Source: Chiloscyllium plagiosum
Lineage: Eukaryota
Reading direction: 5' to 3'
DNA length: 51,939 bases
NCBI RefSeq assembly: GCF_004010195.1
Contig: NC_057739.1
Location: 41,771,275 to 41,823,213 of the forward strand
Shown: one piece after another, positions 23,811 through 37,222 of the stretch
Layout: every line of letters starts with the position of its first letter
Numbering within the stretch: position 1 is the stretch's first letter
Program-made: the position numbers and the translations under genes
Notes under the pieces: model-generated
Told to the model about the DNA's origin: nothing
Seen by the model: only the letters and a program-made list of their open reading frames with translations
Databases searched by the model: none

Positions 23811-24714
23811 TCTTTGGTGTGACTTGGGTGTCACTGACAAAACCCAACGTTCTTGTTCTTCACTAACAGGCAGTCACCTGGGTGGACAAAGTCAGAAATC
23901 AGGTGATAGTCCAATAGGTTCATTCGACATCAGAAGCTTTCTGAGCACTGCTCTGACATCTGGTGAAGTGAGAGGGAAGTGCACAGAACACCGAATTTGT
24001 GAGCAGAGGGATCAAGGACAGATAAATCAAAAGGTCGTGTAAATGCTGTGTGTGACATATACCAGTCCAACTCATCTTGTACATTGAAGGTCCAGTACAA
24101 CTGTAGATATATTACCAACCATTTCTGTTCTTTTAACTGAACTTTATCCCTGTGGACTGCTTACCATTTGAGGGAATGGAAGAGTCAATTACCTTATTGT
24201 TGACAGTTTGGGTTAACTCAAAAGGTCAGACCAGGTAAAAATAATAGATTTCTTACCTTAAAAACGGTTGTGAATCACTTGCTGGATTTTTCAGCAATCA
24301 ATGAAATGTTCATGGATACTATTTCTGGGACTGGATTCGGCAGTTAGCTCAGTAAGTTGGAAGGTTAGTGTGTGATGCAAATTGATGCCAACATATGATC
24401 TCCCTCTGGATTTGGTCATTCATGACATCCTTGGCACCTCACCTTGCTTCATGCTTGCAAAGAGTTGCCCAAACTGCAAGCTCTGTGTAACCAATTATCC
24501 CTCTGCAGTGGAATGAGGTGATGAATTAATAACTGAGATGTGTTTTTATTCCATTGTATTGTTCCTGGATGTCTCCATGAGTAACTCCCTGCACCCTCCA
24601 CTGGTTCACCTTCAGCCCCTTCTTTGTGATGGGGAATGCCTTCCCTTTTGTAGAACATTTTCCCCATTAAGAGATTATATCTGTGCATCTAGATAAGCTC
24701 AAGGTAGTCGGGAA

Positions 24715-26225
24715 GAGTCAGCAATCGTTTCATGACACCAAAATTGAGTTTAACCAATTTATAGGATTTCTTTCAAGGAGCTGAGGATGAAAGGGAACTG
24801 GCATATGTACTGTACTTGGATTTCCAGAGCCATTTAATAAGATGTAACATCAAAGGTTATTGCAAAAAATAAAAGCTTATGGTGTAAGGCTTATCAATTA
24901 GCCTGGATAGAAGATTGCATTAGATTGGTTCTGGAAAAGCACTGCAGGTCAGGCAGCATCCGAGGAGTAGGAAAAATCGACGTTTCGGGCAAAAGCCCTG
25001 CATCAGGAATCTATTGTTTTTACCTGGATAGAAGATTGCTTTATACCAACTAGACAAGAGAGTATGCATTAATGAGTCTTTGTCTGATTGACAGGATGTG
25101 GCCAGTTGAGTCCTGCAGGGGTCTGTGCTGGGTCTCAATGTTTTATAATTTATGTCAATGCCTTAGATAAATGTAGTAAACGCATTCAAGCTACCTTTGC
25201 AAACAACACAAAGATTAGTGAGAAGCTCTGTGTGAAGGAGACACAAGGACTTTACAGAAAGAATTAGATAGGTTGAGTGAATAGGCAAAAATCTGGCATG
25301 ATGTAAAGAAATCAGAAGTTCTTCCCTTTGGCAGGAGTCATAGAATTTACACCATAGAAACAGACCCTTCATCCATGTCAACCAGGTATTCCAAATTAAT
25401 CTACTCCCATTTGCCAGCATTTGACCCATATCCCTCTTAAACCCTTCCTATTCATACATGCATCCGGATGCCTTTTAAATGTTGTAATTGTGCCACTTCC
25501 TCTGGCAGCTCATTCCATAACGTGCCACTCTCTGTGTGAAAATGTTACCTCTCAGGTCCCTTTCAAATTTTTTTCCCCTCTCACCTTAAACCTTTATCTC
25601 TAATTTTGAACTCCCCCAACCTGAGGAAAATACCTTGTCTATTTACCCTATCCATGCCCCTCATACTTTTATATACCTCTATAAGGTCACCCCTCATCCT
25701 CTGATGCTTGAGGGAAAATAGCCCCAGCCTATTCAGCCTCTCCTTATAGTTCAAACCCTCCAATTGTGGTAATTCTTGTAAATCTTTTCTGAACCATTTA
25801 AAGTTTAGCATCATCCTTCCTATAAGCAGGGAGACCAGGTAGAATTTTAAAAAAACAAAATATTACTTAAAAGGAGAATGACTGCAGAGTTTTGAGGTGC
25901 AGAGGGATTTCAATGTTCTGGAGAATGAGTCACAAAGTTTGTGTGCAGTTACAGTGCATATTCAAGGAGCTGAATGGAGAATGTGGTGCTGGAAACGTAC
26001 AGCAGGTCAAGCACCATCTAAGGAGCAGGGGGATCGATATTTTGGTCATAAGCCTTTTATCAGGAATCTGATTACGCCCGAAACATCGATTCTCCTACTC
26101 CTTGATAATGCCTGACCTGGTATACTTTTCCAGCACCACACTCTCGACTCTGATCTCCAGCATCTGCAGTCCTCACTTTCTTCAAGGAGCTGAATGGTCT
26201 ACTTCTGCTCCTAATTTGTATGTTC
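24715..26225 (+). mobile_element. Old CR1/L2 fragment with nested insertions (PLE minis at 24920-25022 and 25978-26180, minus-strand CR1 tail at 25337-25818)
   Basis: LYLDFQ, V(P)QGSVLG remnants. 17-bp TSDs cctggatagaagattgc and ttcaaggagctgaatgg. RGDLIEVYKSMRG on minus strand. Confidence 0.8.
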
Positions 26226-27206
26226 ACATTTTGAGACAATCAAGAGAAGACAGAATGGTTTCAGCATAGAAGAAGGCCATTCACTCCACTCCCCATGCTG
26301 GCTGTCTTGATCCACTCCCTTCCCATTTCTCCACATGCAAGTTTTCCTCATTTAGATCTGTATCCAATTCCTTTTTGAAAGTTATTATTGAATCTGCTTC
26401 CGTTGGTCTTTCACTGGTGTATATTCCAAATCATGACGACAACTTCTGGGCTTTGTGATAGTAAAAAGGGAGCATTACATCCCTGCAACAAAACAAAATT
26501 AGGATGAAAAATGTCCACTTTTTAACAGCAGCTGTGTCCAGCAGGTGGATGGAATGACAGTCATCTGTGCACAAATGCTCAGCAAAAAAGCTTTAATTAA
26601 TCTTATTCACAGAATACTGCTAAGTACAATCACATTTGTAGCAGCCAATTCACAAATAGCAATAAGATCAATAACCAAAATTTTGTGGCTTAATACAGGT
26701 TTGAGGGAGAAGTAATGGTTAGGTCAGTGCCAGATTGCCCTGTTGTTCTTCAAATAGTGCAATAGGATCTTCTACCCTAAGTTCTCCTGAGAGGGCAAGT
26801 TGGAAGACAGCAGCTTGTACAGTGCAGCAACTCACTCAGTATTGCAAGGAAAGGTCCTGAAGTAATCCACTTAAGAGTTGTGTCATGTGCACAAATCTAA
26901 GTACCAATCCAACCTAAGTCAATTAAACTGTGTAGTTTTAGTCATAAGCTGTGAGTTAATGTCCACGGTTAGGAAAACAGACACAGCCCCACTATTTTGC
27001 TGGTTAATGTGCTCAATTGTCTGAAGTGGTGCTTGAACCCATGACTCTCTGATTCTGAGCCAAGCAGTTAAAACACTGCTCTTTCTGGTCAGAATTCTAT
27101 TCTTTAAATTGGTCTGAGAATCTTCAATAAGTGTCAATTACCAGGGAAACAGGAGTTTAATGCTTCACTCATTCAGATGCAGACCTGATTTTCAGGTGAA
27201 GGCATC

Positions 27207-27436
27207 AAAATTAGAGTGGTGCTGGAGAAGCACAGCAGGTCAGGCAGCATCTGAGGGGCAGGAAGGAAAAAAGATGTTTTGGGCAAAAGACCTTCATCAG
27301 GAGGGTTTCTGGTGAAGGGCTTTTGCCCAAAACATAGATTTCCCTGCTTCTTGGATGCTGCCTGACCTGCTGTGCTTCTCCAGCACCACTCTAATCTTGA
27401 CACTGGTCTCCAGCATCTGCAGTACCAACTTCCATC
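27207..27436. mobile_element. Hairpin PLE mini-element (family A)
   Basis: 17-bp TSD tttcaggtgaaggcatc. Inverted arms pivot at two decayed back-to-back hammerhead cores (~27300). Confidence 0.85.
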
Positions 27437-28041
27437 TTTCAGGTGAAGGCATCCTGTGAGGGCCAAGTACATCCGCACAATGATATTTCTAAACTAGGAA
27501 TACTAGACAACTATTTCCCAAAACTGATGTTCCAGTTTAATTCACAAGTATTTGACTGAATCAAATAAAACTGTATTAAAATGCCCTGAACTAGTCCACT
27601 GAGGTTTGTATATATGACACAACTTTTAAGTACAATCCATTCTAAGTCAGATTGAACCATGTAGTTTTAGTCATAAGCTGTAAATCAGTGATCACGGTAA
27701 GAAAAACAAATACTGCTTCACTAGTTTGCTGTCACGAGCACAAATTCACCTGTCAAACCGATATACCTGGATGGTTTTTCTTTTGCTTCTGAAAGAGCCA
27801 TTGGACTCCAAAACGTTTGCTCTTTCTCTATCCACAGATGTTGCTAGACCTACTGAGTTTCACCAGCGCAATATATATATATATATCAGATTGCCAGCTT
27901 CTGTATTATTTAGCTTCTATGTTAGAATGTCTTTTTGGACACATTGAGTGTACTCTGTCATTTATGTTCAATGCATCAACTCTTAATCCCAGATTGCCAA
28001 AGGTTGTGCACGAGTACTCCTGCCTTCCAAGGATATGGCTA

Positions 28042-28142
28042 GGAGAAAGTGAGGACTGCAGATGCTGGAGATCAGAGCTGAAATCAGGCAGCATCCAAGG
28101 AGCAGGAGAATCGACGTTTCGGGCATGAGCCCTTCTTCAGGA
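28042..28142 (-). mobile_element. 101-nt PLE mini-element (family A)
   Basis: TSD aaggatat(g/a)gcta. Minus strand starts TC-CTGAAGA-A-GGGC tcat GCCC-GAAACGTC-GA. Confidence 0.88.
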
Positions 28143-28514
28143 AAGGATATAGCTATACCTGTTCCTTAAACAACTCAATTGGTGATGCATTTTTGGCTGT
28201 ACAGCAGCAATGCAATCCACATTTACACAAGCCTCGAAGCAAGGAGTTTTTTCTCCCCTTTGGAGACTGTTACAGGAATTAGATATTGCAGTGAAATCAT
28301 CATTATCTATTCTGCTCAGGGATGGCTGGTGTGGGCTAATAAAAATATTGCAGTACTGACTCCTATCAATCTTAGTTTACACCTTATTTTTTCATTCTAT
28401 CTTAAATTCCTCAAAATGGAAGTTTAAAAGGTCACAAGTTGAAATATTGGGATCTGAAACTCAGTAGCTACTGTGGAACTCCAACCAAGTTATAAGAGCT
28501 TTGCTTCTTCTCAC

Positions 28515-28685
28515 ATGATGTGGAGGTGCTAGTGTTGGACTAGGGTACACAAAGTCAGATGTCACACAACACCAGTTTGGCAACAGCTTTATTCGCAATG
28601 ACAAGCTTTTGGAACATTGTTCTTTCGTCAGATGATGTCCTGGTTGGACGATAACCTGGTGTTGTGTGACTTCTCACTTTGTCCT
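28515..28685. mobile_element. Decayed hairpin PLE mini-element (family B)
   Basis: gtgttggactaggg...cacacaacaccag / ctggtgttgtgtgac arms. Confidence 0.7.
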
Positions 28686-29245
28686 CTCTAACAGATCTCT
28701 CAAAGCAGCTCACAACCCACTCTCACAGTGCTCACTGAGGGGTCATGACAATTTTCAGATTTTGAAATGGTGTCACAGTAGGAAAAGGTTTGAGATGTAT
28801 TGACCTTAAACATTTCACTCACACTTCATGCATAATTTAACTTTGCAAAAAAAATAAGTTTCAAGTGCTTGGACTCAACTCTTTCTAATGTCACTGGTGG
28901 ATTACATCTTAATCCAATATCGTGATCATTAATTCTTTTAAAATGTACAAGATTATACGTTTAACACCATTTAGGCACTTGTCAATAATCCATTTGTTTA
29001 CAGATGCTGCATTCTCTACCCTTCCCTGTACACATCAGAAGCCTGGACAATAAGTAAAGATCTGCAGAAAAAAACAGGTTTTTAAAAGTGTGCACACTGA
29101 GATCTCTGCTACAAATTTCACATACTACCCATAAGACAAATGAGCAAAAATAACTCTGCAAAGTGACATGTCCGTATTTTAGCCATTTGTTCATGGGTCT
29201 TTTCCAGCAGCCAAAGTGGTGACTGCAGAAAAAGGGCTCATCCCC

Positions 29246-29345
29246 AGTTCTGAGGAAGGGTCACTTGACCCAAAACGTTAACTCAGATCTCTCTCCACAG
29301 ATGCTGCCAGATCTGATGAGCTTCACCAGCAATTTCTGTTTTTGC
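29246..29345 (+). mobile_element. PLE mini-element (family C) with hammerhead motif
   Basis: AGTT-CTGAGGA-A-GGGTCA ct TGACCC-AAAA-CG-TT-AACT. G12 mutated to A (CpG decay), stem I AGUU/AACU. Confidence 0.75.
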
Positions 29346-29688
29346 TGCAGCTTGCAGTTGGATAACAACTGTCACAGAATGGTGGACAGATGTGCTGCTG
29401 TGGATGTATGAGTCAAAGAGTGTGGTGCTGGAAAAGCACAGGTGGTCAGGCAGCATTTGAGGATCAGAAGAGTCGATGTTTCGGGTTGGTACAATACAGA
29501 CAAGTATGGTACACCATGACAGCAGATCACCTAACTGGCAGAAATGGACACCAGCAGGTACAACAGGCTAGTTATTGAGTGATTCTGTTAAAAGAATTGT
29601 AAGTGGATAAGTACCTCATCAATCAGTCCCAGAGATTCTGCAAACACCAAGGAGATATGCAAAAGTTTCCTTCTGTAGGTTCTTCAAC

Positions 29689-29930
29689 TTAGAAATACAA
29701 GTTTACTTTGGAAGCTACAGTCTTACAGCCTTTTTGTGACAGCAGCTTCTCTTCTGGGTAGTAGACCATACTGCTTGCAATTGTGGTGACAATGCTCTCA
29801 CTGATCCTTTTACCTCTGGATGCAATTTCAGCTCTCACGCAGGACTCAACGTGTTTGAACTCCAGGGGTAGGAAAGGAATGAAATGGTCAATCAAGTTGC
29901 TTTGGATGAGAGCAGTCTGCCAGAAACCAC
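29689..29930 (-). CDS. TOR1: Torsin-1-like gene C, last exon
   Basis: tccattgtag|GT GGT TTC TGG. (S)GFWQTALIQSNLIDHFIPFLPLEFKHVESCVRAEI...IASSMVYYPEEKLLSQKGCKTVASKVNLYF*. Confidence 0.96.
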
Positions 29931-30119
29931 CTACAATGGAAATATTTTTAAATATTAATAATTTTCTTTTTTTATGATTTTCAGAAAGATTAAATGCCTC
30001 CTTTCAGTGCTAATTTCTCTCATGTAGGCATGACTCTGATGTTCATCGCCCCTCTCCCCAAACTCATTATCCTAATGGTCATTGGCCACTTGAGGCTTGT
30101 TTAAAAAAAATTATCTGTT

Positions 30120-30660
30120 CAGTCACTGGATGTGGGCTGGGCCACCACTTATTGACCATCCTCTGCTGCTTTTGAGAAGGCTGAGATAGGCTTTCTTCTT
30201 GAGCCGCTGGAGTTTGTGTTGTGTAGGTACACCCACTATGCAGTTAGGGAGGGGATTCCAGAATTTTGACCCAGCAACACTGAAGAGACAGTGATATATT
30301 TTCAAGTCAGAATGGTGAGTGGCTTGGAGGGATATTTTCAGGTAGTGGTGGCCCATTGCATCTGCCACCCTTAGCTCTCTAGATGGAAGCAGTTGTAGGT
30401 TTGGAAGGTGCTGTTGAAAGAGCCTTGGTGAACTTCTGCAGTACATTTTGAAGATGGTACACATTGTTGCTACAGAGTGTTGGAGGTGGAGTGACTGAAT
30501 GTTTGTGGATGTGGTTCCAATCAAACAGACCGCTTTGACTTGGATACATCACACTTCCTGAATATTGTTGGAGCTGCACCCATCCAGGCAAGTGGAGAGT
30601 ATTCCATCACACTCGTGAGTTGTGTCTTGTAGAAGGTGGACAGGCTTTGGGGAGTCAGGG
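30120..30660 (-). mobile_element. L2-type LINE 3' fragment
   Basis: IQSLHLQHSVATMCTIFKMYC...LFQQHLPN...FWNPLP, typical of an L2 ORF2 C-terminus. Confidence 0.7.
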
Positions 30661-30674
30661 GATGAGATTATTTT

Positions 30675-31285
30675 TAAAAATTCATTCACAGGATGTTGGT
30701 TTCGCTGGCCAAGCCAGCATTTTTTCCCATTCCTAATTTCCCAGAGGGAAGTTAAGAGTCAAATTGTTATGGATCTGGAGTCACATGTCGGCCAGACTGA
30801 GTAAAGGTGGCAGTTTCCTTTACCAAAGAACTTTCATAAAGACAAACCCAGGTTTTTCCTGACAATCAGCAATGGTTTCATGGTCATCATTAGACACTTA
30901 ATTCCAGATCTTTTATTGAATTCAGATTCTACAATCTGCTATAGTGGGATTTAAACCAGGTCCCCAGAATATCGCCTGGGTCTATGGATTAATATCTGGA
31001 TTAATGGTGCTGGAAGAGTTCAGGCAGCATCTAAGGAGCAGCGAAATCGACATTTCGGGCAAAAGCCCTTCATCAGGAATAAAGGCAGAGAGCCTGAAGT
31101 GAGGAGAGATAAGCTAGAGGAGGGTGGGAGTGGGGGGAAATGAGGAAACTGTTGAAGTCCACATTGATGCCCTGGGGTTGAAGTGTTCCGAGGCGGAAGA
31201 TGAGGCGTTCTTCCTACAGGCGTCTGGTGGTGACCTCTATATGGATTAATAGTCTAGCAATAATACCATTAGGCCGTTACATCCC
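30675..31285 (-). mobile_element. tRNA-headed SINE containing a family A PLE fragment (30995-31238)
   Basis: Same SINE family as 37500-38060, 49295-49645, 49900-50165. Insert has TSD tatggattaata and a minus-strand CTGATGA-A-GGGC/GCCC-GAAA motif. Confidence 0.8.
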
Positions 31286-33109
31286 CTTAGATAGTAGGTG
31301 TTGGATTGATAACCTTTGATCTAGCCTTTTGGCACTTAAAGTTAGCAACCTTTCCCATCGCTACAAATGAGAAGTTTAAGAAGGAGTCACAAGTCAGTGA
31401 CCAGAAAAAGAAGCACAAGAGATGGTTTGCCCTTTGTTAGCACTGAGACCAGTTAAAGTCTTGTGGCGTATCCCAAACTCTAGGCCAAACACTCCGACCT
31501 TCTCCCACTTAGGGCCTGATGGCCACGGAAGGTGTTTCATAATGCAGCCAAACAGATCCTACAAGTCCTTTCAATACACCTCTGCTAGGCAGAGAGAGCA
31601 GGAGAGAGTTTCCTGGTCAACCAGAACCAGGTGGTGGCTGCAGCACAACTGCCTCTGTGTTAATAAACTCCACGTTCAGGATCTTGCCATGAGCAAGCAT
31701 GATTCTTATTTCCAAAGACTACAATGCACACACATCAGTCATAGAAATCCCCTTAATGAACTCAACACAACCTTGGTTCTTGTTATCAAACTAGAGATTG
31801 AAACCATTATGGTTCAGCTGGTCATAGATCAACTTGCTGGATCACAGTAGACTCAATCATTTCACATATGGCTCACCTGTCACTCAAATTGCAATACATC
31901 CATGAGCACTGGCTGAAAAAAAGCTTATTTATAAATTTTATAAGTGAAAAGAATTGGCTGGCATTCTTCAAAGCTGTTGTGTTTGGCACAGATTTAAAAG
32001 CTTAGGAATGTTCTTACTCCCCCTCACCTCCCCCTTGCATTGCTGAACAAGGTGAATCAAAGCTTTCAGCACAGATATACAGATGGCAGACTGAGGCATA
32101 GTCAGAACTTTAACAGAGATGGAGAAACTGCACCTAATAAAGGATAGCAGGACACCATTTAGCTCCTCCAACCTACCATCCAATGGTAGAAGGCTCAACT
32201 GCAACCTAGCTCCACAAACCCACCTTTGCCCAATGTCCTTAATTCCCTTGGCTAATAAGCACCAACCAATCATAAAAAGTAATATTAACATTTTATCCAG
32301 CAGTAAGTGCAATTTGTGGTAGAGAGACCAAAATTTCAACCAACCTTTGCATTTGGAAGTATTTGCTAATTTCACTATAAAAGCTCTGGCATTCATTATT
32401 AGGCAAAGACTGCTACTCAGAATCTCCAACTGGTGGAAATGGAACCTCTGAATCTACCCTTTCCTCTTTAATATTTTGCAAATATCATTCAAATGAAAAC
32501 AATCTTAATTTGTCTAATCTGTCTTGGTTGAATTTGATGAAATGGCAGCAGAGAAAAGATATAGTACTAACTCTTTGAGTTTTCTTATTAAAAGGTGTTC
32601 TTGAGGTCATTAGCTTTGCCTTTTTCTTTTCATAGTCCTTTCAATTTTTAATATAGAATTATAAAACACAGTACAGAAGGCAACCATTCAAACCCTGGTG
32701 TATGCCATGGGTAACAAATGCTGGTCTTGCCGTCCTTTGAAAATGTAAGGAAAACATGTTGGTTCTCTTTAAGAGTAACCCAACTTGCTAACCTTTTCCA
32801 CGTAGCCGTGCAATGCTCTTCTTGTCAGAAAATTATTCACTTTTGTTTTGAAAGTCACGCTTGAGTTGGTCTTCATCAGAATCTTAGGCAGTGCATTGCA
32901 GATCTTAACCATTTGCTAGTTGAAATGAAAAGATTTTTGAATTGGGTGTCCTCTGCCCTTGATTCTTTGGTCAACAGAAACAGTTCCTTCTGATCTACTC
33001 TATGCAGATTTCTCATAATTGAGTAGCTCTGTCGAACCTCTTAATCATCTCTGAAGGGAATGGCCGTAACTTCACTAGTCTATCCATTTAATAAAATTCC
33101 TGGTCCATG

Positions 33110-33977
33110 TGTGATAAACAAATGTTATTGTTTTCATCATTTGAATTTTTCAAAAAGAAATAGAGGCAGCTGGGTTTTAGTTAGTCATGCGAAGGTAATA
33201 TTTTAAAAAAGTGCCAGGAGGTCATTTGAGGACAGTGAGTTAAAGCATATGACCTAAGCCAACTGCATCTTCCCTGCAGTGTTAACCAATAAAATATTTA
33301 TACAGTTGAGTTTATGACAGAAGGAGTATACTCATTAAGGTAATTAGTTTCATTTCCAATTCACAACAAAAGGTTCATGTTTTCAGATCTGAAGAATCCT
33401 GGAGTATAGTTCAGAAAGTAAGTTTGTTTTTGGCCCAACAGGTTAACCAACATTTTCAGTTCAGTTCAGGAGAATTAGTCACTTCTGCATTAGCGGTTTC
33501 TAGACTGTAGATCCTCCATGCCACAAAAGTTTGGATAGAAGCCTTCAAGTTTTTAAAAGTGAAAATGTTCAAGTCATCAGAATTATGAGAAGTATGCATT
33601 CACTGATTCAGAAAGGAATCATAAAACTGTCTCAGCAGTCCAAGAGAAAGCAACTGTGGAAAGTCAATTAAATAAGATTTAAAAGGCTGAGACATGAGTG
33701 TTATCTCTTGGGATTGAGTCTCTGTATTGGAGCACTTTGCCAAACTGGTTGAAACTTTGCTTTTGATATTTGTGTTAAGATTTTCTATCTGTAAGTGGTT
33801 TTGATTTTTTTCTTATTTTGTGTAATAAACTTGTGTTCTATTGTAAAAGAATATCTGCAGTCTTGTGTGAATATGTTTAAAAGACTGACTACATGTAATC
33901 AACTGTAAAAATTAAACAGATGATCGATCAAGGCAGATTATATTCCTGTCCAATATTACCATTAGGTGGGATCATAA
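33110..33977 (+). mobile_element. LTR-like element
   Basis: Starts TGTGAT, has AATAAA at ~33825 and ends gggatcataata. 3' part resembles 36270-36427. Confidence 0.45.
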
Positions 33978-34178
33978 TACAAGGAATCATTCTTGTCAAT
34001 CTTTTCTATACCCTTTCTAATGCCTTTACGTCCTTCCTAAAGAATCTTTTGCTTAAAGTAGAAATTAGCACTCCAGATGACACTGAACCATTGCTTTGTA
34101 AACGTTCATGACATCATAATTTTGTATTCTATAGCTCTACTTATAAATGTAGAGAAACAAAAACAATATCGAAGATAT

Positions 34179-36427
34179 TGTGATGAAAAATGTGTGATTT
34201 ATAATTATTTTAGATTTTAATAGCAGCATATGGGTGCTGAAGAGCTTAAAAAGAAAAATAGATCAGTTCTTCTAAAACAGTGACATAATCCAGGATGTAT
34301 CAAAGAGCAAATGATAGTAAAACCAAAGAGTGCTAACGGAAAATTGGATACAACTTGTTGTTTATCACAGGCATAAACAATGAAGGTTATTAACTTGTTT
34401 TCAGGTTATAATAATCATGCATTGATTTTTGGTTTAGAAAACTGAAATTGAGAATTGTCAGGGCAGTTTGTAGGAAATCAGAGGGTGTTGAGAAACAGCA
34501 TAATCCCTGTCTCAGAAATGAGATATTCAGAGCAGTTGAAGGAATGAGTTAACATCAGAAATTGGAAAACTGCCAGTATGACTCTCATATTCAGAAAGGG
34601 AGGGAGGCAAAAAGCAGGTAACTATGGGTGATTAGCCGATGATCTATTGTTGAAAAAAAATGTTGGAATCAATTACTGAAGAAGCAGCACATTTGAAGAA
34701 GCAGCACATTTGGAAAACCATAATATAATTGTGTAGAGTTAGCATGGCCACATAAAAGGTAAATCATGTCTGATTAATTTATTCAAGATTTTCAAGAAAG
34801 TCTCAACCAGAATGAATAGAGGGGAACCAGTAGATGTGTCATATTTGGACTTTCAAAAGGAATTCAACAAGGTACCTCACAGATGGTTAAGTCATAACAG
34901 TCCATAGCCCATGGTGTTGAAGGTAATATATTGGCATAGATAGAGAATTGGCTAATGGGCAGGAAACAGCGAGTGGGGATAAGAGGTTCTTTTTCAAATT
35001 GGGAGCCTGTAACCAGTGGGGTTCCACAGGAATCGGTACTGAGACCACAACTGTTCACAATACACATTAATAAATTTGGAGATGATATGAAAATAGGTGA
35101 AAAGGCAGAGTTGCGAGATGGATACAAATAATTTACAGAGAGATACTGGCAGGTTAAGTAAATGGCCAAAAAGTTGGTAAATGGAGGATAATGTGGCAAA
35201 ATACAAAGTTGTTCATTGTGGAAGGGAGAACAAAAGAACAATATTATTTAAATTAAGAAAAACTGCAGAAGGCTGCAACACAGAGGAACTCGGGAGTACT
35301 TGTGCATAAAACACAGAAAGACAGCATACAGGTAACCAGCAAGGCTCATGAAATGTTGGCCGTTATTTCAAGAGAGTTGGAGTATGAGAGTAGGGAAGGC
35401 TTACTGCAACTGTACAAGGTGCTGGGGAGACAACATCTACAATACCTTTATGCAGTTTAGGTTCCCTCATTTAAGGAAAGATATCACTTCATTGGAGGCA
35501 GTTCTGAAAAGGTTCACAAGGATAATCCACAATATTGCGGGATTGTTTTATGAGTGAAGGGTAAACAGGTTGGGACTGTACTCTCTTGGAGTATGGAAGC
35601 ATGAGAGGTGATCTCATTGAAACATATCAGATGCTCAAAGGACTTGGCAGGTACATGCTGAGAGGATGCTTCATCTAAGGGAGAGTCTCAGACCAGAGGG
35701 CGTAGTCTCAGATATGAGGGGCTCCAATTTAAGACTAAGATGAAGAGGAATTTCTTCTCTCAGAAGGTACAGAGGTTTTGGAACTCCTTGCCACAATGAG
35801 CTGTGGGGACAGAATCATTTGCAAGTTTAAGGCTGAGATAGATTCTTATCAATAGGAGAATGAAAGATTAAGGGGAAAATGCAGGTAGTGGATGTGAGGA
35901 ATATCAGATCAGCCATGATACTATTGAATGGTGGAACAGGCTTGAAAGACCCAATGGTTTACTCCAGTTCCTATTTCTTATGGGCTTATGGTAAAAAAGT
36001 TTAATTTGTGCAACTTTCAGACCAAGAGTGTTTGGTTAGAAAACTGTAGGCTATTAGAAGCTGTGAAAGTCTCTCAGTTTTGCAAACATTCATGTGAAAA
36101 TACCCCACAGTTCACAGGAGAGAATCTGGGGAGAATGATATAATTTCTCTGGATTCAAATCACTCTGAAGTGATGGTGTTGGGAAAGAGGTTGAAACTCT
36201 GTTTTGCTGAATGTTTGAACATTTCTCTAACCATGTTCTCTATCTCGTCTTTATTTTCACCTTTTGCACAATAAGTTTATGTTGTTAAAGAAACTGTACA
36301 GCCTCATGTGACTATGTTTCAGTGACTGACGACCACAAACTAAAATAAACCAATTATCTATCAAGCCAGGTTTAATTCCGGGATCTGAAAACATCATTCA
36401 CTAGTACTATCAGCTGGGATCATAACA
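34179..36427 (+). mobile_element. LTR-like element split by a CR1 insertion (~34560-35990)
   Basis: TGTGATG...CATAACA termini. Internal CR1 motifs YLDFQK, GVPQESVL, RGDLIETY. Confidence 0.55.
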
Positions 36428-36552
36428 ATGTACACAGTTGTTCAAAAATAGACCGGTCATGGGGAGGAACTGTGAAACAGACAGAATATATTTTGCCGAT
36501 CACAATTTTTGTTCACTATTTTATTCTCCACTTGTGAGTGACGTGAACTTAC

Positions 36553-36680
36553 TGTTGCTATTGTTGAAGACTGTCAAGGAGAGTTCCTCTTCTAGCTGAC
36601 TCAGCTTAATGCTCTCCCTTTCCTTTCCATTCATCAAAATGTTTAGGGTAAATTCACTTATCTTGTCACCACCAGTATTG
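36553..36680 (-). CDS. TOR1: Torsin C coding exon 4
   Basis: gaatag|C AAT ACT ... AAC A|GTAAGT, 128 nt. (S)NTGGDKISEFTLNILMNGKERESIKLSQLEEELSLTVFNNSN. Confidence 0.95.
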
Positions 36681-37046
36681 CTATTCAGATTTAAAAAAAA
36701 AACAAATGTCATTCAGGGTTTCTTCTGCTTCGTTGCAAAATGTTTACATTTAATTTTGTCGTGGAACGTATTACAATGGACAATTTCAGCCTCGCTTGTT
36801 GGACAGGAATCCCAGGGGATTGGATGGAATATCAGCTTTACCCCTGCTCAATATTGTACTCAACTGACTTCGATAGCAAGTTAAGCCAGAGTATAAAACC
36901 AGCATTGCACCCAATTCCATTGGTTAGAGTTGGTTGATAGGTTAGAGAATTGTCAAATGGTATCAAACTCTTAGAAATATCATGACTCTCCCCTGTTTGA
37001 TCACAAGTGGGAACCCTACCAAATTTATTTCCATTCCAGTCCTTAC

Positions 37047-37222
37047 CTTAAGAAGATGAATATTGCTTTTCTGTAATCCACTTTGTCAACATCACTGCTG
37101 TAGTCCAGGAAAGGTTTGATTGCATTAATGAGACCTGGATGCATTTTGTCCATTTCATCAAAAATAAACATTGATCTGGCACATTGTGAAACATTTCCAT
37201 GAATCCACCTCCGTAAGTCACT
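37047..37222 (-). CDS. TOR1: Torsin C coding exon 3
   Basis: ttgtacag|AGT ... TTA AG|GTAAGG, 176 nt. [41 protein letters not shown]...YRKAIFIFL. Confidence 0.96.

Noticed and set aside
23613-23840. In-frame N-terminal extension of torsin B (MAAGSPEH...)
   Set aside because: Runs through CCAAT/GC/CRE promoter motifs, its ATG is part of a YY1 site, and the 23612 ATG gives a normal signal peptide. Cannot be wholly excluded without TSS data.
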